Positions 25,295-38,700 are shown, counted from the first letter of the whole stretch. The stretch: 63,856 nt of DNA, filler included, from Reclinomonas americana ATCC 50394 (GCA_048213135.1; 10 parts of 7 records of this genome joined end to end with filler, not necessarily neighbours in it), one strand, 5' to 3'. Translations and numbers: made by a program. Notes: generated from the sequence alone by a model not told the origin.

Positions 25295-25790
25295 CGACAA
25301 TGCATTGCTGTGGCTGCTGAAGCTGCAGTTCTATGCAGTCACCGCTGTGCATGAGTTGGTCCCTCTCTTCTCCCTTACATAGCACGTTCCACCCGTTGTG
25401 TTCTCTCCTAACCGATCGCGATCGATATCGACGTTCACCAATTACAATCGCGATCGCGACGAGTGATAGCATTCTAAAGCTGCATTGCCGTGGCTGCTGC
25501 AGCTGCTTTTCTACGCAGTCACCGCTAAGCATGACTTGCTCCCTTCTTTCCCTCTTTCACAGCACGATCCACCCGTTGTGGACTCTCTTCGCCGATCGAC
25601 ATCGCGATCGATATCGCCGATCGCCAATGAATATTGCAGTCACGACTAACGAAAGCATCTCACAGCAGCATTGCCGTGGCTGCTGCAGCTGCAGTTCTGT
25701 GAAGTCACTGTTGAGCATGAGTTGGTCCCTTCCTTCTCCCTTGTAAAGCACGTTTCACTTGTTGTGTACTCTCTTAGCCGATATCAATTG
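25295..25790. repeat. ~185-bp tandem repeat, 3 copies, between GLO1 and the FN3 gene
   Basis: gcattgc.gtggctgctg.agctgc..ttct...cagtcac...gcatga.ttg.tccct...agcacg.t.cac..gttgtg occurs at ~25302, 25482 and 25668. Confidence 0.85.
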
Positions 25791-26267
25791 CGAATTCGAA
25801 CCGCGACGTACTGATGAAAACGGNNNNNNNNNNNNNNNNNNNNNNNNNNNNNNNNNNNNNNNNNNNNNNNNNNNNNNNNNNNNNNNNNNNNNNNNNNNNN
25901 NNNNNNNNNNNNNNNNNNNNNNNNNNNNNNNNNNNNNNNNNNNNNNNNNNNNNNNNNNNNNNNNNNNNNNNNNNNNNNNNNNNNNNNNNNNNNNNNNNNN
26001 NNNNNNNNNNNNNNNNNNNNNNNNNNNNNNNNNNNNNNNNNNNNNNNNNNNNNNNNNNNNNNNNNNNNNNNNNNNNNNNNNNNNNNNNNNNNNNNNNNNN
26101 NNNNNNNNNNNNNNNNNNNNNNNNNNNNNNNNNNNNNNNNNNNNNNNNNNNNNNNNNNNNNNNNNNNNNNNNNNNNNNNNNNNNNNNNNNNNNNNNNNNN
26201 NNNNNNNNNNNNNNNNNNNNNNNNNNNNNNNNNNNNNNNNNNNNNNNNNNNNNNNNNNNNNNNNNNN

Positions 26268-26375
26268 ATGCCGCCTCGTGGTTGGCATCTGGCGAATCTG
26301 ACTCCCGAGGCCCGTGTGGCGGCGGCTTCGTACACGTGGGGTGAGTGTGATCTGGATAGCTCACAGAGAGTCACA

Positions 26376-26412
<37 letters not shown>

Positions 26413-29400
26413 TTATCTGTCCGTCTCTTTATCAGTCTGTCTCTGTTTATATATCTCACTTTCTTCTGCATTTGTTCTCGCACTCCGTCTGTTTTTCTCT
26501 CCATCATTTCTCCACCATTCGTCTCGACTCTTCTCTGTCCATTCCGTCTTTCCCCTTCAGTCTTCCCCCTTCAGTCTTCCCCTCTTCCGTCTTTCCCCTT
26601 CGGTCTTCCCCCTTCAGTCTTCCCCTCTTCCGTCTTCCCCTCTTCCGTCTTCCCCCTTCGGTCTTCCCCCTTCAGTCTTCCCCCTTCAGTCTTCCCCCTT
26701 CGGTCTTCCCCCTTCGGTCTTCCCCCTCCGTCTCCCCCCTTCGGTCTTCCCCCCTTCGGTCTTCCCCCCTTCGGTCTTCCCCNNNNNNNNNNNNNNNNNN
26801 NNNNNNNNNNNNNNNNNNNNNNNNNNTTAATTAATTAANNNNNNNNNNNNNNNNNNNNNNNNNNNNNNNNNNNNNNNNNNNNCCCTTCGTCTTCCCCCTT
26901 CGTCTTCCCCCTTCGTCTTCCCCCTTCGTCTTCCCCCTTCGTCTTCCCCCTTCGTCTTCCCCCTTCGTCTTCCCCCTTCGTCTTCCCCCTTCTCTTCTCC
27001 CCTCTCATCCCTCTTCTCATATCCCCCCTTCCCCTTCCCCTCTCGCCAGACACCTCGGAGCTCCTCCTCAGCGACCGCGGCGTGGCACTCACCACCGGCA
27101 CCGGCGACGACGCACCCGAGTCACCGCGCTCGATTCTCCGCTACAAGAACTCCAACAAGGTGCAGGCGTCGCTGTACTACGTGGAGGGTTGTGAGACTAC
27201 TGACGTGGTTGCCGAGCGACCGGCGCGCATCCTGATTGCGAGAGAGGGCGGTGTGTCTCGCCTCCATGGTCGTTATAGTCGTTCTCACTCCTGGCTGGTG
27301 AGCTCACTCGCACACCAGACAACGCCATCGAGTACGACGACACCTATGTGCCTTCGCCGTCCAAGAAAATCGCTTTCGAGCGCTTCGAGTATGCCACGCT
27401 GTCGAATGTGGAACCCACCAAGCAGTGGCCTGCCGATGGTGCCGATCCGGCGATCACTGAGTGCTCGCCGATACCGATGAAGAAGATGCCGGATGGATGG
27501 CGGTTGGCGTCCAACACTCCGCGCACCCGAGGTGAAAATCAGTTCGATAATGGAGAGAGCAGATAAAGAGAGGAGGAAGAGAGAGACGCAACGTGAGAGA
27601 CGACAAAAAGAACTTTTCGGAAGGCGACGGGAGAGAGAGAGAGAGAGAAGAGGAGTATAGAGAATCAGAGGAGGGGGCGACGACCAAGAGAAGTAATCAG
27701 ACGGCGACGTATGCAGCAGGGAGGACGAGAGAGAAATGGAATAGATATTCAGAGAAACACACGCACACGCACACGAAGAGGGAGTGAGGCAGAGAGAGAA
27801 GACACGCACACGTACATACACGAGAGAGAAAGAGATGGCGTCGACCAAGAGAAGTTATCAGATGACAAGCGAGAGTTAGAAAAAACCATTATGGGAATCG
27901 CTCACGTATTCTCTCGCACTGCAGTGGCTATTGCTGGCTCCATGCACCGCTTTGGCGCACGCTGCTTGGTTGTGGAAGGTGGCGTGGCCATTGACGCGGT
28001 CACCGGCGACACGTGTGGTACGGATGAACTGCGCCAGATTGGTAAGTGCAGCCGCTGGCTCGATTTTGTCCTCTCTTGCTCACGCTTGTCGCAGGCATCT
28101 GGATGCAACCAAAGCACTGCGACCGTCAGATTCTGCTGGAGCGTGACACCATGCGTGTCACCTCGTGGCCGGTCGGACCGTCGGCGGTGAAGAATGCCGT
28201 GACGGTGGCCAAGAAGCAGATGGAGTACGCATTGCAGCCGGTGGAGCACGTCGGCGGTGATTGCCCCACCTCTGTGGCGTCGGCGGTTCCCATTGGCTGG
28301 CGTGTTGGTATGCGTATTCATTTGGTATTCCTCGCCGCTTGTTCCTTATTTGTTGCGTGCAGCCGACCTCAGTGCGTCGGACGTGCGCGCCGCGGTGCGG
28401 AAGCTGAAGCTGGGCGTCTCATGCGTCGTCGGTATTGGCGGTGCAGTGGAGGTTTGTTGTCCATCGGAGCGATCCTTCAAGACATGTATTTATTGCTGAA
28501 CGTGGAGCAGTTGACCACCGACGGCTGCAAGGAGGTGCCGGAGGGTGCGCATGCGGTTGCTGCCCGTTCCGTGGTCGGCGACTTGTTTGTGGCGTCACCC
28601 TCGTGCCACGCACACGTCCTGCTCAGTCGCTCGTTGGCCGATTCGACCGACAGCAACGATGCAGACAAGGAGTTCTTGTCGGTTGTCGATAACCCACCGC
28701 CACCCCCCACGCTGGAGACCTTGGAAGTGCGTGGCAACTCGCTGCTCTTCCGCGTTGGCGCTTCGAGTGAGGAGGGTCGGCTGCCTTCGCGTTTGTTCCT
28801 CAAGTACCATCTCGACCCGGATTTGTACGACATTGAGGAGATCTTTACCGAGCCGCAGCTGGAGCCGGAGGTGCGCATCTCTGGTTTCGAGGCTGGTGAA
28901 GTTGCGACGCTTGATGATGAGGGGAAGGAAGGTGGCGTTCGTTTTGTGGGGTATGACTGACGAATCTTGCTGCCGCAGCCGCTCTTCATCACCCCGTACG
29001 TCAGTCGCCTCGGTTTGCCGCCCATTGGTGGTGAAATGATCTCAGTGGGTGAGTCGAGAGGGAAAAGGAGAAGGGAGAGAGAGAGAGAGAGGAGGAGGAG
29101 GAGGAGGGGAGGGGAGGAAGGGGAAGGGAGAGGAGGAGGAGGAGAGGAGGAGGAGAGGAAGGAGNNNNNNNNNNNNNNNNNNNNNNNNNNNNNNNNNNNN
29201 NNNNNNNNTTAATTAATTAANNNNNNNNNNNNNNNNNNNNNNNNNNNNNNNNNNNNNNNNNNNNGGGAGAGGGAGGGGGAGAGGGAAAGGGGAGAGGTGG
29301 AGAGGGAGAAGGAGAGGGATGAAGGAGAGGGGAGAGGGATGAAGGAGAGGGAGAGGGAGAGGGAGAGGGAGAGGGAGAGGGAGAGGATGAGGGAGAGGAT

Positions 29401-31205
29401 GAGCGATAGACAGGGCGAGAGACGGGGTGAGAGAGAGAGGGAGGACGAAAGAAGAAATTACGATGCAGCGACAGCAGGGAAAGAGAAGTGATTGATCGTT
29501 GCTTTCTTTGTTGCAGCATGGCCTCTTTTCTCTTCCATCCTTCCACTCTGTTTGCATGTGTTTCTGTCTCCTGCCATTGTTGTTCCTTCTGATATCAAAT
29601 TTTTTGCCTCTGGTTCTCTGTCTCATTATCTCTTTCTCTTTCTCTTTCTCTCTTTTCTTTCTCTTTCTCTCTTCTCTTCTCTCTCTCTCTCGCTCTCTCC
29701 CTCCCTCTTTCTTTCTCTTTCTCTCCTTCTCTCTTTCTCTTCTTCTCTCTTTCTCTTCTTTTCTCTTTCTCCTCTTCTCTCTTTCTCTCCTTCTCTTTCT
29801 CTCTTCTCTCCTTCTCTTCTCTCTTCTCTCTTCTCTCTCTACCTTCCTCNNNNNNNNNNNNNNNNNNNNCTCTCTTCTTCTTCTTCTCTCTCTCTCTCTC
29901 TCTCTCTTCTCTTCTCTCTTCTCTCCTTCTCTTTCTCTCTTTCTCTCCTTCTCTCTCAACCCTTTCCCTCGCCCTATTCTTTCCTGCCTCATTCTCCTCC
30001 GTCCACCTCTCATCCTTCTCTCCACTCACAGTTCCCGACGAAGTCCCGCCCCCACCAAAGATCGTGGAGTACAAGTACGACGAATCCAGCGTGTACGCCG
30101 TGCTTCTCGAGCCGGCTTTCAACGGCACCGATATTCTCGGTTTCGGCATGCGCTACACCACAGACTTCGAAATGGGCGACAACAACAAGTCTCGCTACTT
30201 CCCGGACTTTGACTCGCCCGGTCAGACGACAAACATGTTCAAGTTCGACATTGACGTGCCAAAGGGCACGGTGAGTGGCATGTTCCTGCGTAAGTGCCTC
30301 ACATTTGTCTCTCACGTTCTATTCTTTATTTGTTGCAGCGATTCTTTGTGCAAGGTCGCGTGCGCAATGCCGCCGGCTGGTCGGGATGGAGCTGGCCCGA
30401 GTCGTCGGTGCGCGACATCCCTCCGGATCCGCCCTCACTGATTGTGGAGCGCTTGCACGACGAGAAAGTCCGTATCGCCTACGTGCCGCCCAAGGTCAAC
30501 CACGGCAGCCCGCTGACCGGACGCTGGATGCTGTACATGAGCCCCGACGGCGACATGGACGACATGCCGGGTCAGATCATGAAGGAAACCAATATTATGG
30601 TGGGCGGTCTGGCGGCCAACATGACGCGGTACTTTTGCGCCGCGGCCGAGAATCGCAGTGGGTTCGGTCAAAAGTCGGAGTTGTACAAAGTCAGTTGCGT
30701 GGAATGGTAGAGAGAAGGGAGGGAAGAGAGGGAAGAGGGGGAAGAGGGGGAAGAGAGGGAAGAGAGGGAAGAGAGGGAAGGGAGGGAGGAGAGGAAGGAG
30801 GAAGGAGGAGGAGGAGGAGGGAAGAGAGAAAGAGGGAGAAGAGAGGGAAGAGAGAAAGAGGAGAAGAGAGGAAGAGACAAAGAGGGAGAAGAGAGGGAAG
30901 AGAGGGAAGAGGGGGAAGAGAGGGAAGAGAGCGAAGAGAGGGAAGAAAGGGAATGAGGGAGTGTGAGAGAGAGATAGAGGGAGTGAATGAGTGTGAGATT
31001 GAGTTCGTCTGTGAGGAGAGAGAGAGAGAGAGGGACCAGCCCCTTTCTTGTTCTCTCTGTCACTCATTCTTGCAATGCGTTGAATTGTGTGTCACGCCCT
31101 CTCCTATTCCAAGCCTGCCTTTTTCTGTCTCTCGTCGGATCAGTGGTTGAACGTCAGTTTCTCTGTTCATTACCTCGTCACTTTCTTACTTTTGTGCTCT
31201 CTCTC

Positions 31206-31282
<77 letters not shown>

Positions 31283-31855
31283 GATTGTGAGGGTGCGTCG
31301 CTCTCTCTCTCTCTCTCTCTCTCTCTGTGTTTCTCTCACTGTCTCTCAGTGTGGTCGCCGTCCTTTCCCTTCATCTCCCTCTCCATCTATCCCTCCCTTT
31401 TCCTTTCCCCCCTTTCCCTCTACCCCTCGCTGACAATTCCCGCACAGCCACCAACACACCACCGGAGGTGCCGGAGTGGCCCAAGATCGAGCTGCTGAGC
31501 CACAACTCCGTGCGAGTGACCATTCCGAAGTCCACCGACAACTTTGGCACCAAGATCACCGGCTACCGTGTGCAATGGTCAGAGGACAATCGCTTCAAAG
31601 CCAAGGCCACGCAAGTGACAAAAGTGCAGGCGTCGCCGGTGTTTGTGCTGGAGAACTTGACGCCGGGCGTGCCGATTTTCATTCGTGGCGCCAACTGCAA
31701 CAAGGCCGGCTGCAGTGGATGGGGCGATGTGGAGACTGTGGGTTCGTTGGTCGCACGCACACGCACACGCACACATGAGGAGAGACACATCCAGGGCACT
31801 CTTCACAGCTCGCATCACTCTGGCACACACACGCACACAAACACACGCACGCACA

Positions 31856-31891
<36 letters not shown>

Positions 31892-33819
31892 AAATGCACC
31901 ACAATGGAGAGACACAATCCAGGGCACTCTTCACAGCTCGCATCATTTTGGCACACGCACGCACACAAACACACGCACGCACACGTACACACACACACGC
32001 ACAGGAAATGCACCACAATGGAGAAACACACATCCAGGGCACTCTTCGCAGCTCGCATCACTTTGGCACACGCACGCGCACAAACACACGCATGCGCACA
32101 CACGAACACACGTTACATGCATGCACAATGGAGAGACACACGTCCCGGGCACTCTTCACAGATGGCACACACACAAACACATACGCGCACATGCTCACAC
32201 ACATCTAGGACAGACGCGCAGACTGACAGGTAGATTGAGAGGGTTGAGACAAGGGGAAGACAAGAGAAGGAAGACGACCCAGATGCAGACACGTACATTC
32301 AGTTATTTGAAGACACCCTGCCTTGTTGTCGCTCATTTTTTCCGCGCGACCGCACGCACAGAACCAGATGCCGTACCACCACCACCGGCCCTAAAGGTGA
32401 AGCTTCTCGACAAGCGACACCTGCATGTCAAGGTGGTGCCGCCGAAGCGCGATCAGGTCCTCGGCACACCGGTGACGGATGTGACGCGCGTGCGCTACTC
32501 GGCCAAGCGCGACATGCTGGTGTCGACGACGGTGGAGGACGAGTCGCGCCAGATCACCATCGCCAAGCTGCCCAAGGCGGCCAATGTGGTGTACGTGCAG
32601 GCGGCTGTGCGAAACGACAAGGGGTTCTCGGAGTGGTCGGAGGCTGTGAGATTGGGTGAGGAAAGAGGGGGGAAGGGGGAAGGAAGGGGAAAGGGACGGG
32701 GAGAAGACAGTAAGGGAGGGTACGAGATGGGTAGAGAGGAGAGGGAAAGAGGGGGAAAAAGGGATGAGGAGGGAGAGAAGAGGAGAGGAGAGAAGAGAAG
32801 AGAAGAGAAGAGGAAAGAACAAGAGAAGAGAAAAGAAGAGACGAAAAGAGAAGAGATGAGGAGATGAGAAGAGATGAGAAGAGAGGGAAGGGGAGAAGTC
32901 GAGAGATCAAGATAGGAGAAGGGATGGGAAGAGTGGAACAGAGAGATGAAGAGAAGGGAAGAAAAGAGAAGGGATGAGAAAAGAAGAGAAGAGAAGAGAA
33001 GAGGAGGGATGAGAAGAGTGAAACGACAGAAGAGGAAAGAACAAGAGAGGTGGAGCGAATTGATGAGGTGCAATGAGATGAGAAGGGATGAAAAAAAGGA
33101 GAGAGAGAGTGGAGAAGGAGGAGAGGGAAAATCGAGACTTGGAGACAAGAGAAGAGAGGGGAGAGAATAGATGAGAAGAGACGAGATGCGATGAGACGAA
33201 AAGAGGACAGAAGAGAGAAGAAGAGAGAATAGAAGGAATGAGAAGAGAAGCGAAGAGAGGAGAAGGAGGAGAAAAGAGGACTCAAAGATTAGATGAGAAT
33301 GTGAAGGTGATGAAAAGGATTGACGAGAGAATGGGCACTGGAGACAAGGAGATGAGGAGGCGGAAGGGAAGTGACATTGAGAATACAATGAGAAAAAAGA
33401 TAGAAGATACGTGGAAAGGTCGAAGCGAACAAACGGAGAGTGGAACCTGATTTCGGGAATGAGGCTTGAGAGAAGAGCATCGTAAGAGTGTCCCCAGCAC
33501 GTGGTACTCACTTCCGCATCTCGCAGTACTTGTCGATCCACCATCCGTGGTGCTGTCGTCGACGCCGGACCAAGTGACGGCCACTGTCAAGGCGGCTCAC
33601 GAGCACTCGTCGCCGCAGTACCAGTTGCGCTGGCGTGTCGGTGAGAAGGGAGAGTGGACCGCAGAGGCCGTGCAGTCGGCTGCCGAGTTTGTGCTGGCCT
33701 CGCCACCGCCACTGTGTGCACAAGCCGCGACGCGAGTCGATGGCTCCGATAGTGAGCCAGAGTTTAGTGAGTGGAGTGCTGTCGTGTGCACTGGTGCCGC
33801 GAATAGAGATGAGTTGTGA
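26268..33819 (+). CDS. Fibronectin type III repeat protein with C-terminal RDEL (5' end probably in the gap)
   Basis: Spliced exons encode several FN3 units (FFVQGRVRNAAGWSGWS; KITGYRVQWS...FVLENLTPGVPIFIRGANCNKAGCSGWG; VYVQAAVRNDKGFSEWSE). The last exon, 33528-33819, ends ...GAANRDEL*. Confidence 0.8.
31775..32200. repeat. ~120-bp intronic tandem repeat with (CA)n, ~4 copies
   Basis: ggagagacac.tccagggcactcttc.cagctcgcatca recurs at ~31779, 31905, 32020 and, partially, 32130. Confidence 0.85.
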
Positions 33820-34846
33820 GGTGAGGCATGTGGTGAAGAATCAGTGTGTGTGTGGTGTGACGAGTTTATGGTGGCTTACTTCTTCATTCTCTGTCCGTCC
33901 TTGCTACGGGCATGTGCACATTGAAAGTTGCGATCTACGGGGTGCACAGCTGCAGTGCACTAGATGCCTATCAGGGTTATGCATGCTAGATTAGAGAGTC
34001 AAGGGTGAAGTGCAGGAGCGGTGAGATCTGTATTGTTGCTGCTGGACTTTGCTCGTCCTTCGTCCATAAGAAAGGGCCTCTCCAACACGACGAGCAAAAC
34101 GAGGATGAGTCGGATGAACCGACTAGAGAACTGGACTCATCCTCGAGAAAATCATGTTGCTTACGCAAAATGAAACAGGTGCCGCTGCGCTGCTGGGTTT
34201 TGACCAATGCTGACCTTTGCCATGGATCGAGGGTCACGGATGCACGGGCTAAGGGTCTATGGTCAAGAGGCGGTTACCTGAAAGGTCGTGATGTAACGCT
34301 CGGAATTCGAAGCACACGAACAGCTTCTGTCGCTTTTGATCGCGCTGCGGTACGTGGATGCAGACGGCGTTGTTTTTTCTTATTCCCCTTCTCGGCTACA
34401 GCGAAACTGTGAAAGAAAGAATGGATACGGGCGTTGGTGGAGGAGGGTGGATAAAGCTGATCTGCGCCTTGTCCTGCAAAGGGTAAGGGCCATGGGTCAA
34501 GGGTCAAGGGAAGATGACTGTCTGGAGAAGAAAATGGTAGTTTGTGGCTTGGTCATTGTCGGCAAGGGATTTGAGGACGTTTGTCAGCATTATTGGAATG
34601 TGGTGAATGAAGTGTTCGTTTTGTTTTGTTTTTTTGATCTGCGCCTTGTCCTACAAAGGGTAAAGGGAAGCTTCGAAGGGTCAAGGGTCAAGGGTCGAGG
34701 AGCACCGATTCCACGCTTGCGGATGAAGCATATAACGTAGAACAAGACGCTAATCACACTCACGCATTGGTTAAAGGGTCAAGGGTTTGATGGAACAACA
34801 CGCCAGATCACGTCCGTCCCACAGGACCACCGATTGTCCGTGCAAC

Positions 34847-35410
34847 ATGTCGTCGCGCGGGAGCGACGAAGAGAGTCTTTCGCGGTTTCTCCGACGTGCT
34901 CCAGTCGCCGCCAATGCCAAAGCATTATACCACGGATCACTCACCGATTATGGCGCCTTTCTGTACTCAGTGAGTGCTTCTTTCCTTCTCTTCAGAGAGG
35001 TGTGTCTTTTTGTTGATTTGTTCTTCTGTTGCGCAGTACACCACGTGTGATATGAGTGGTGTGATGACGTGTATGGACTATGATCCTGTGCAACGCACTG
35101 TGGCGGTTGGCGATGAGAATGGTGTCATTCATCTGTGAGTATTGTGGGGGGGGTGACGAGTGTTTCGCGCGCTCGCTTGTCTGAGAGAGAGAGAGAAGGA
35201 GGAGGACAAGGGGGAAGGGAGAGAGGAGAAGAGATGAAGGCATGATTCACGGCATTGTCGCTCCTCTCATGTCAGTTGTCTTAGTGAAGAAGAAGAGGAG
35301 AGTGAGTGAGAGTGTGAGAAAAGGGAGGGAAGGCTGTTCTTGTTTCTCACAGTTCTCCTCTTCAGTTGTGAGCGTGGAGGCTTGACTGTGTTTCACAGCG
35401 AGAGAGCTCG

Positions 35411-35441
<31 letters not shown>

Positions 35442-35729
35442 CTCTTCAGTTGCGAGCATGCAGCCTCGGAGTGAGAGAAAGAGAGAGCCTTGTGTTCGTG
35501 TTATGTTCTTCCTGTCTGTTTCTCTCTCTCTCGCACGCTCTCTCTCTCTCTCTCTCCTTCTCTCCCTCCCTCCTCTGCTTCTTCTCTTTAGTTGCGAGCG
35601 TGGAGCCTTGATTGTGTCTCACAGAGAGAGCTCTTCTCTTTCTCTCTCTCTCTCGCTATCTCCCTCTCTCTCTCTCTCATTCTTCGCAGCCTTATATTCC
35701 TGCTCCTCCTCACTAATGGAGACGCAACC

Positions 35730-35761
<32 letters not shown>

Positions 35762-38700
35762 GGAGGAGGTAATGTAGGAGGGAGAAGGAGAGGAGGGGAA
35801 GAGACGAAGGCATGATTCACGGCATTATCTCCTCTCATTTCAGTTGTCTCGAGGAGAGGGGGGAGAGAGAGTGAGTGAGTGAGTGAGTGTGTGTGAGAGA
35901 GAGGGGCAGGGAGACTTGCTCTTGCTTTCATCTCTCCTCTTCCTTGTCTCTGAGTTGTGAGCGTGGAGCCTTGATTGTGTCTCGCAGAGAGAGCTCTTCT
36001 GCTCACGTTGCGTCTTCTCTCTCTGTCTCTCTCACTCTCTCGCCTCCTTCCCTCTTCAGTTGTCAGCATTGATTCGTGACAGCGCCGCAGAGTGCGAGTA
36101 TCGTGACTTGTCTTGCCATTCTTTCTCTCCCTCTCTGTCACACTCTCTTCGCGGTCCATGTTCTGTCATTCCTCATCACCCCTCCCTCTCCCTTCTGCAG
36201 TTTCGGTCGCCCTGGCGCGGAGAGCGCCTTTTACAGCCAGGAACCCGTCAGCGAAGTCATCTTCGCCACCAACCAGGTCTGACTGTCCTCGCGAGAACGC
36301 CCTCACTTCTCGTGCTCCTTGCTGACCTCCCACCACGTACAGGGCGCCCTCATCACGTACTCCGACTCGGCGCTGCTCTTTCGTCTGTGGGAGATTCATT
36401 CACAGGAGAACTTGTGGGCCGCCGTGGCCCCGGAGCGGTGCGCCTTGATATTCCGCTCTCCCCTTTCAGTGACGTGAGCTCATGCCCACACAGTGCCACC
36501 TGCCTGCACCACCGATGCATGAGCTCCTTCATCTACGTTGGGTTTGAGAGTGGAGCGGTGCGCGCCCTCACCCTCGCGCAGGGCATGTGGGCAGTGCGTG
36601 TCTTGGAGCCGGCCGAGTCGTTTGAGTTGCGTACCGTCGCAGGGGTCTCGACTCATGATTGCTGAGTTTTTTTGTGTGAATCTTCTCGCCGACTATCTTA
36701 CTATCACATACACTTCCCCATTTCTTCCCGCTGCAAGTCACTCTTCTTTCTCGTTCTCCTCTCGTCGGTCTCATATTCTCTCTCCCTCTCTCTCATTATT
36801 GCGCTCGTTTATTTTGCTTGCAGTTCGACACATGTGTCCTTTCTCTGTGTATTCTGTTCTCATCTTTCGTTCTCTGTTCACCTTCCCTCCCTCATCCTCC
36901 TCTGTCTTCTTCTTTTTCTCCTTCTTTTCCATTTTCTCTTTCTTTTCCTCCTCCTTTTCCATTTCCGTTTCCTCTTCCGCCTCATCCTCCGCTTTCTTCT
37001 TCTTCTTCTTCTTCTTCTTCTCCTTCTTCTTCTTCTCCTCCTCCTCCTNNNNNNNNNNNNNNNNNNNNNNNNNNNNNNNNNNNNNNNNNNNNTTAATTAA
37101 TTAANNNNNNNNNNNNNNNNNNNNNNNNNNNNNNNNNNNNNNNNNNNNTCACTTGCTGCTCGTGGCCTACGCCTTTGGCCTGGTGGCACTGCATGACCTC
37201 AATGCGCAGAGTGTGCTGCAGCGTTTCGGACCGTTTCAGGTGGGCCGCGCACTCCTCGACATCCTGCGCACCTTGCTCACTCACTCGCGCTTCAACGACA
37301 GCGAGTGCGCGACGTCAAAGTGCACCCGAGTGGCAAGCGCATGTCGATTGTGTGCGGCGCCAGCGACTTGCTTGTGGTCTCGATGCCGGAGGGGGAGACT
37401 ATCGGCACTCTGTCTCTCGCTCCCACCGTCTCCGCCGTCGATGCCGTCACCTCTGCCGCCGCCGCCGCGGCGAATCAGGGTGGCAGTGCCGAGGTCGCTG
37501 CTCCTGTGGATTCCGGCTGGGACTCGCCAATGCGTGCACGACTCGTGTGGGCGTTGCGTTTTCCCCCTCATCACTTGTTTTCTCTCTCTGTACGAACGCC
37601 CTCACTCGTCGCCAACACGCAGAGATCCCAAGTGCTTGCTGGTACACTCTCCGTCGCTCGGCGTTCTCAGTGTGCTGTGTGGCGAAGGCAAGAAGTTTGC
37701 GGCTCCCACGTTGCTGCTGCCGCCCTCTGCAGCGCCGCGGCGCGTGTCGCTGTTGCAACGCACGCCGTGGGGTTAGTGCTCTCCACCGCCGGTGGATACT
37801 TTGCTTCCCTCACTTCATCCTCGCTGCGTAGATGCGGTCAAGGAGGGCAAGGTGTTTGGGTTTCTCGCGCTGTGCGACACCGGGCAAGTGCTGATGCAAC
37901 TGTGGGACAAGAAGCGGTAAGTTGTTGAAGTGGGAGAAGTGATCACGCAGTGTGTTGGCGTGTCGTACTTGCCTGCTTACATATCCCTCCTCTAATTCTC
38001 TCTCACTCTCTCTGAGTTCATCTTTCAGTACTCGCTATCTACCACCACTTCCACAACTCGTTTGCCCGTTTCTTTCCCTCTCTCTTACTCTCGCCCCCCT
38101 TCCCCTTCCTTCCCCTTCACTCAGATCCTCCTCCACCACCCGCCCACTTCCCACCTTCCACCGCACCGTGGGCGACGACGTGGCCCTCGGCACCTTCACC
38201 GCGCTATCCTCGTTCGACTTGCCGCTGCCGGAGTCGCCGGTGGACGGCGGCCAAGACACGCCCTCCTATTTTGGTGCGCTCTTTGTGACGGGCAAGTCGC
38301 CGGCGTCACGCAACTGCGTTTCGTGTCACATTCTGCGACGTGACTCGGGTGCCGCCATTCCTCTGTGGAGGTATCTGTCGTGGTGTGTTGCTGAAATGTT
38401 TATGCCATCGCTCACTTTTACCCCTTATTTTCAGAGCTCCCTCAAACACCGACCATCAGGCCATCACGGCGCTGCTGTCGAGTCGCATATCGAGTTGTCC
38501 CGACGGTCCGCCTCCGCAACCCGGCGACGGCGAGAGTGACGGCGATGCGAGTCGACGCACTGCATCCGTGTGCTCGATGCTGCTCGTGTTTTACGGGCTG
38601 CAGGATGGCACCGTCGGCTGCATGGATGTGGGGTGCGCATTGGCAGTGCAGCACATGTACCTTGCTGACTGCCACTGACGAGCTTGTGCTGCAGGTCGGC

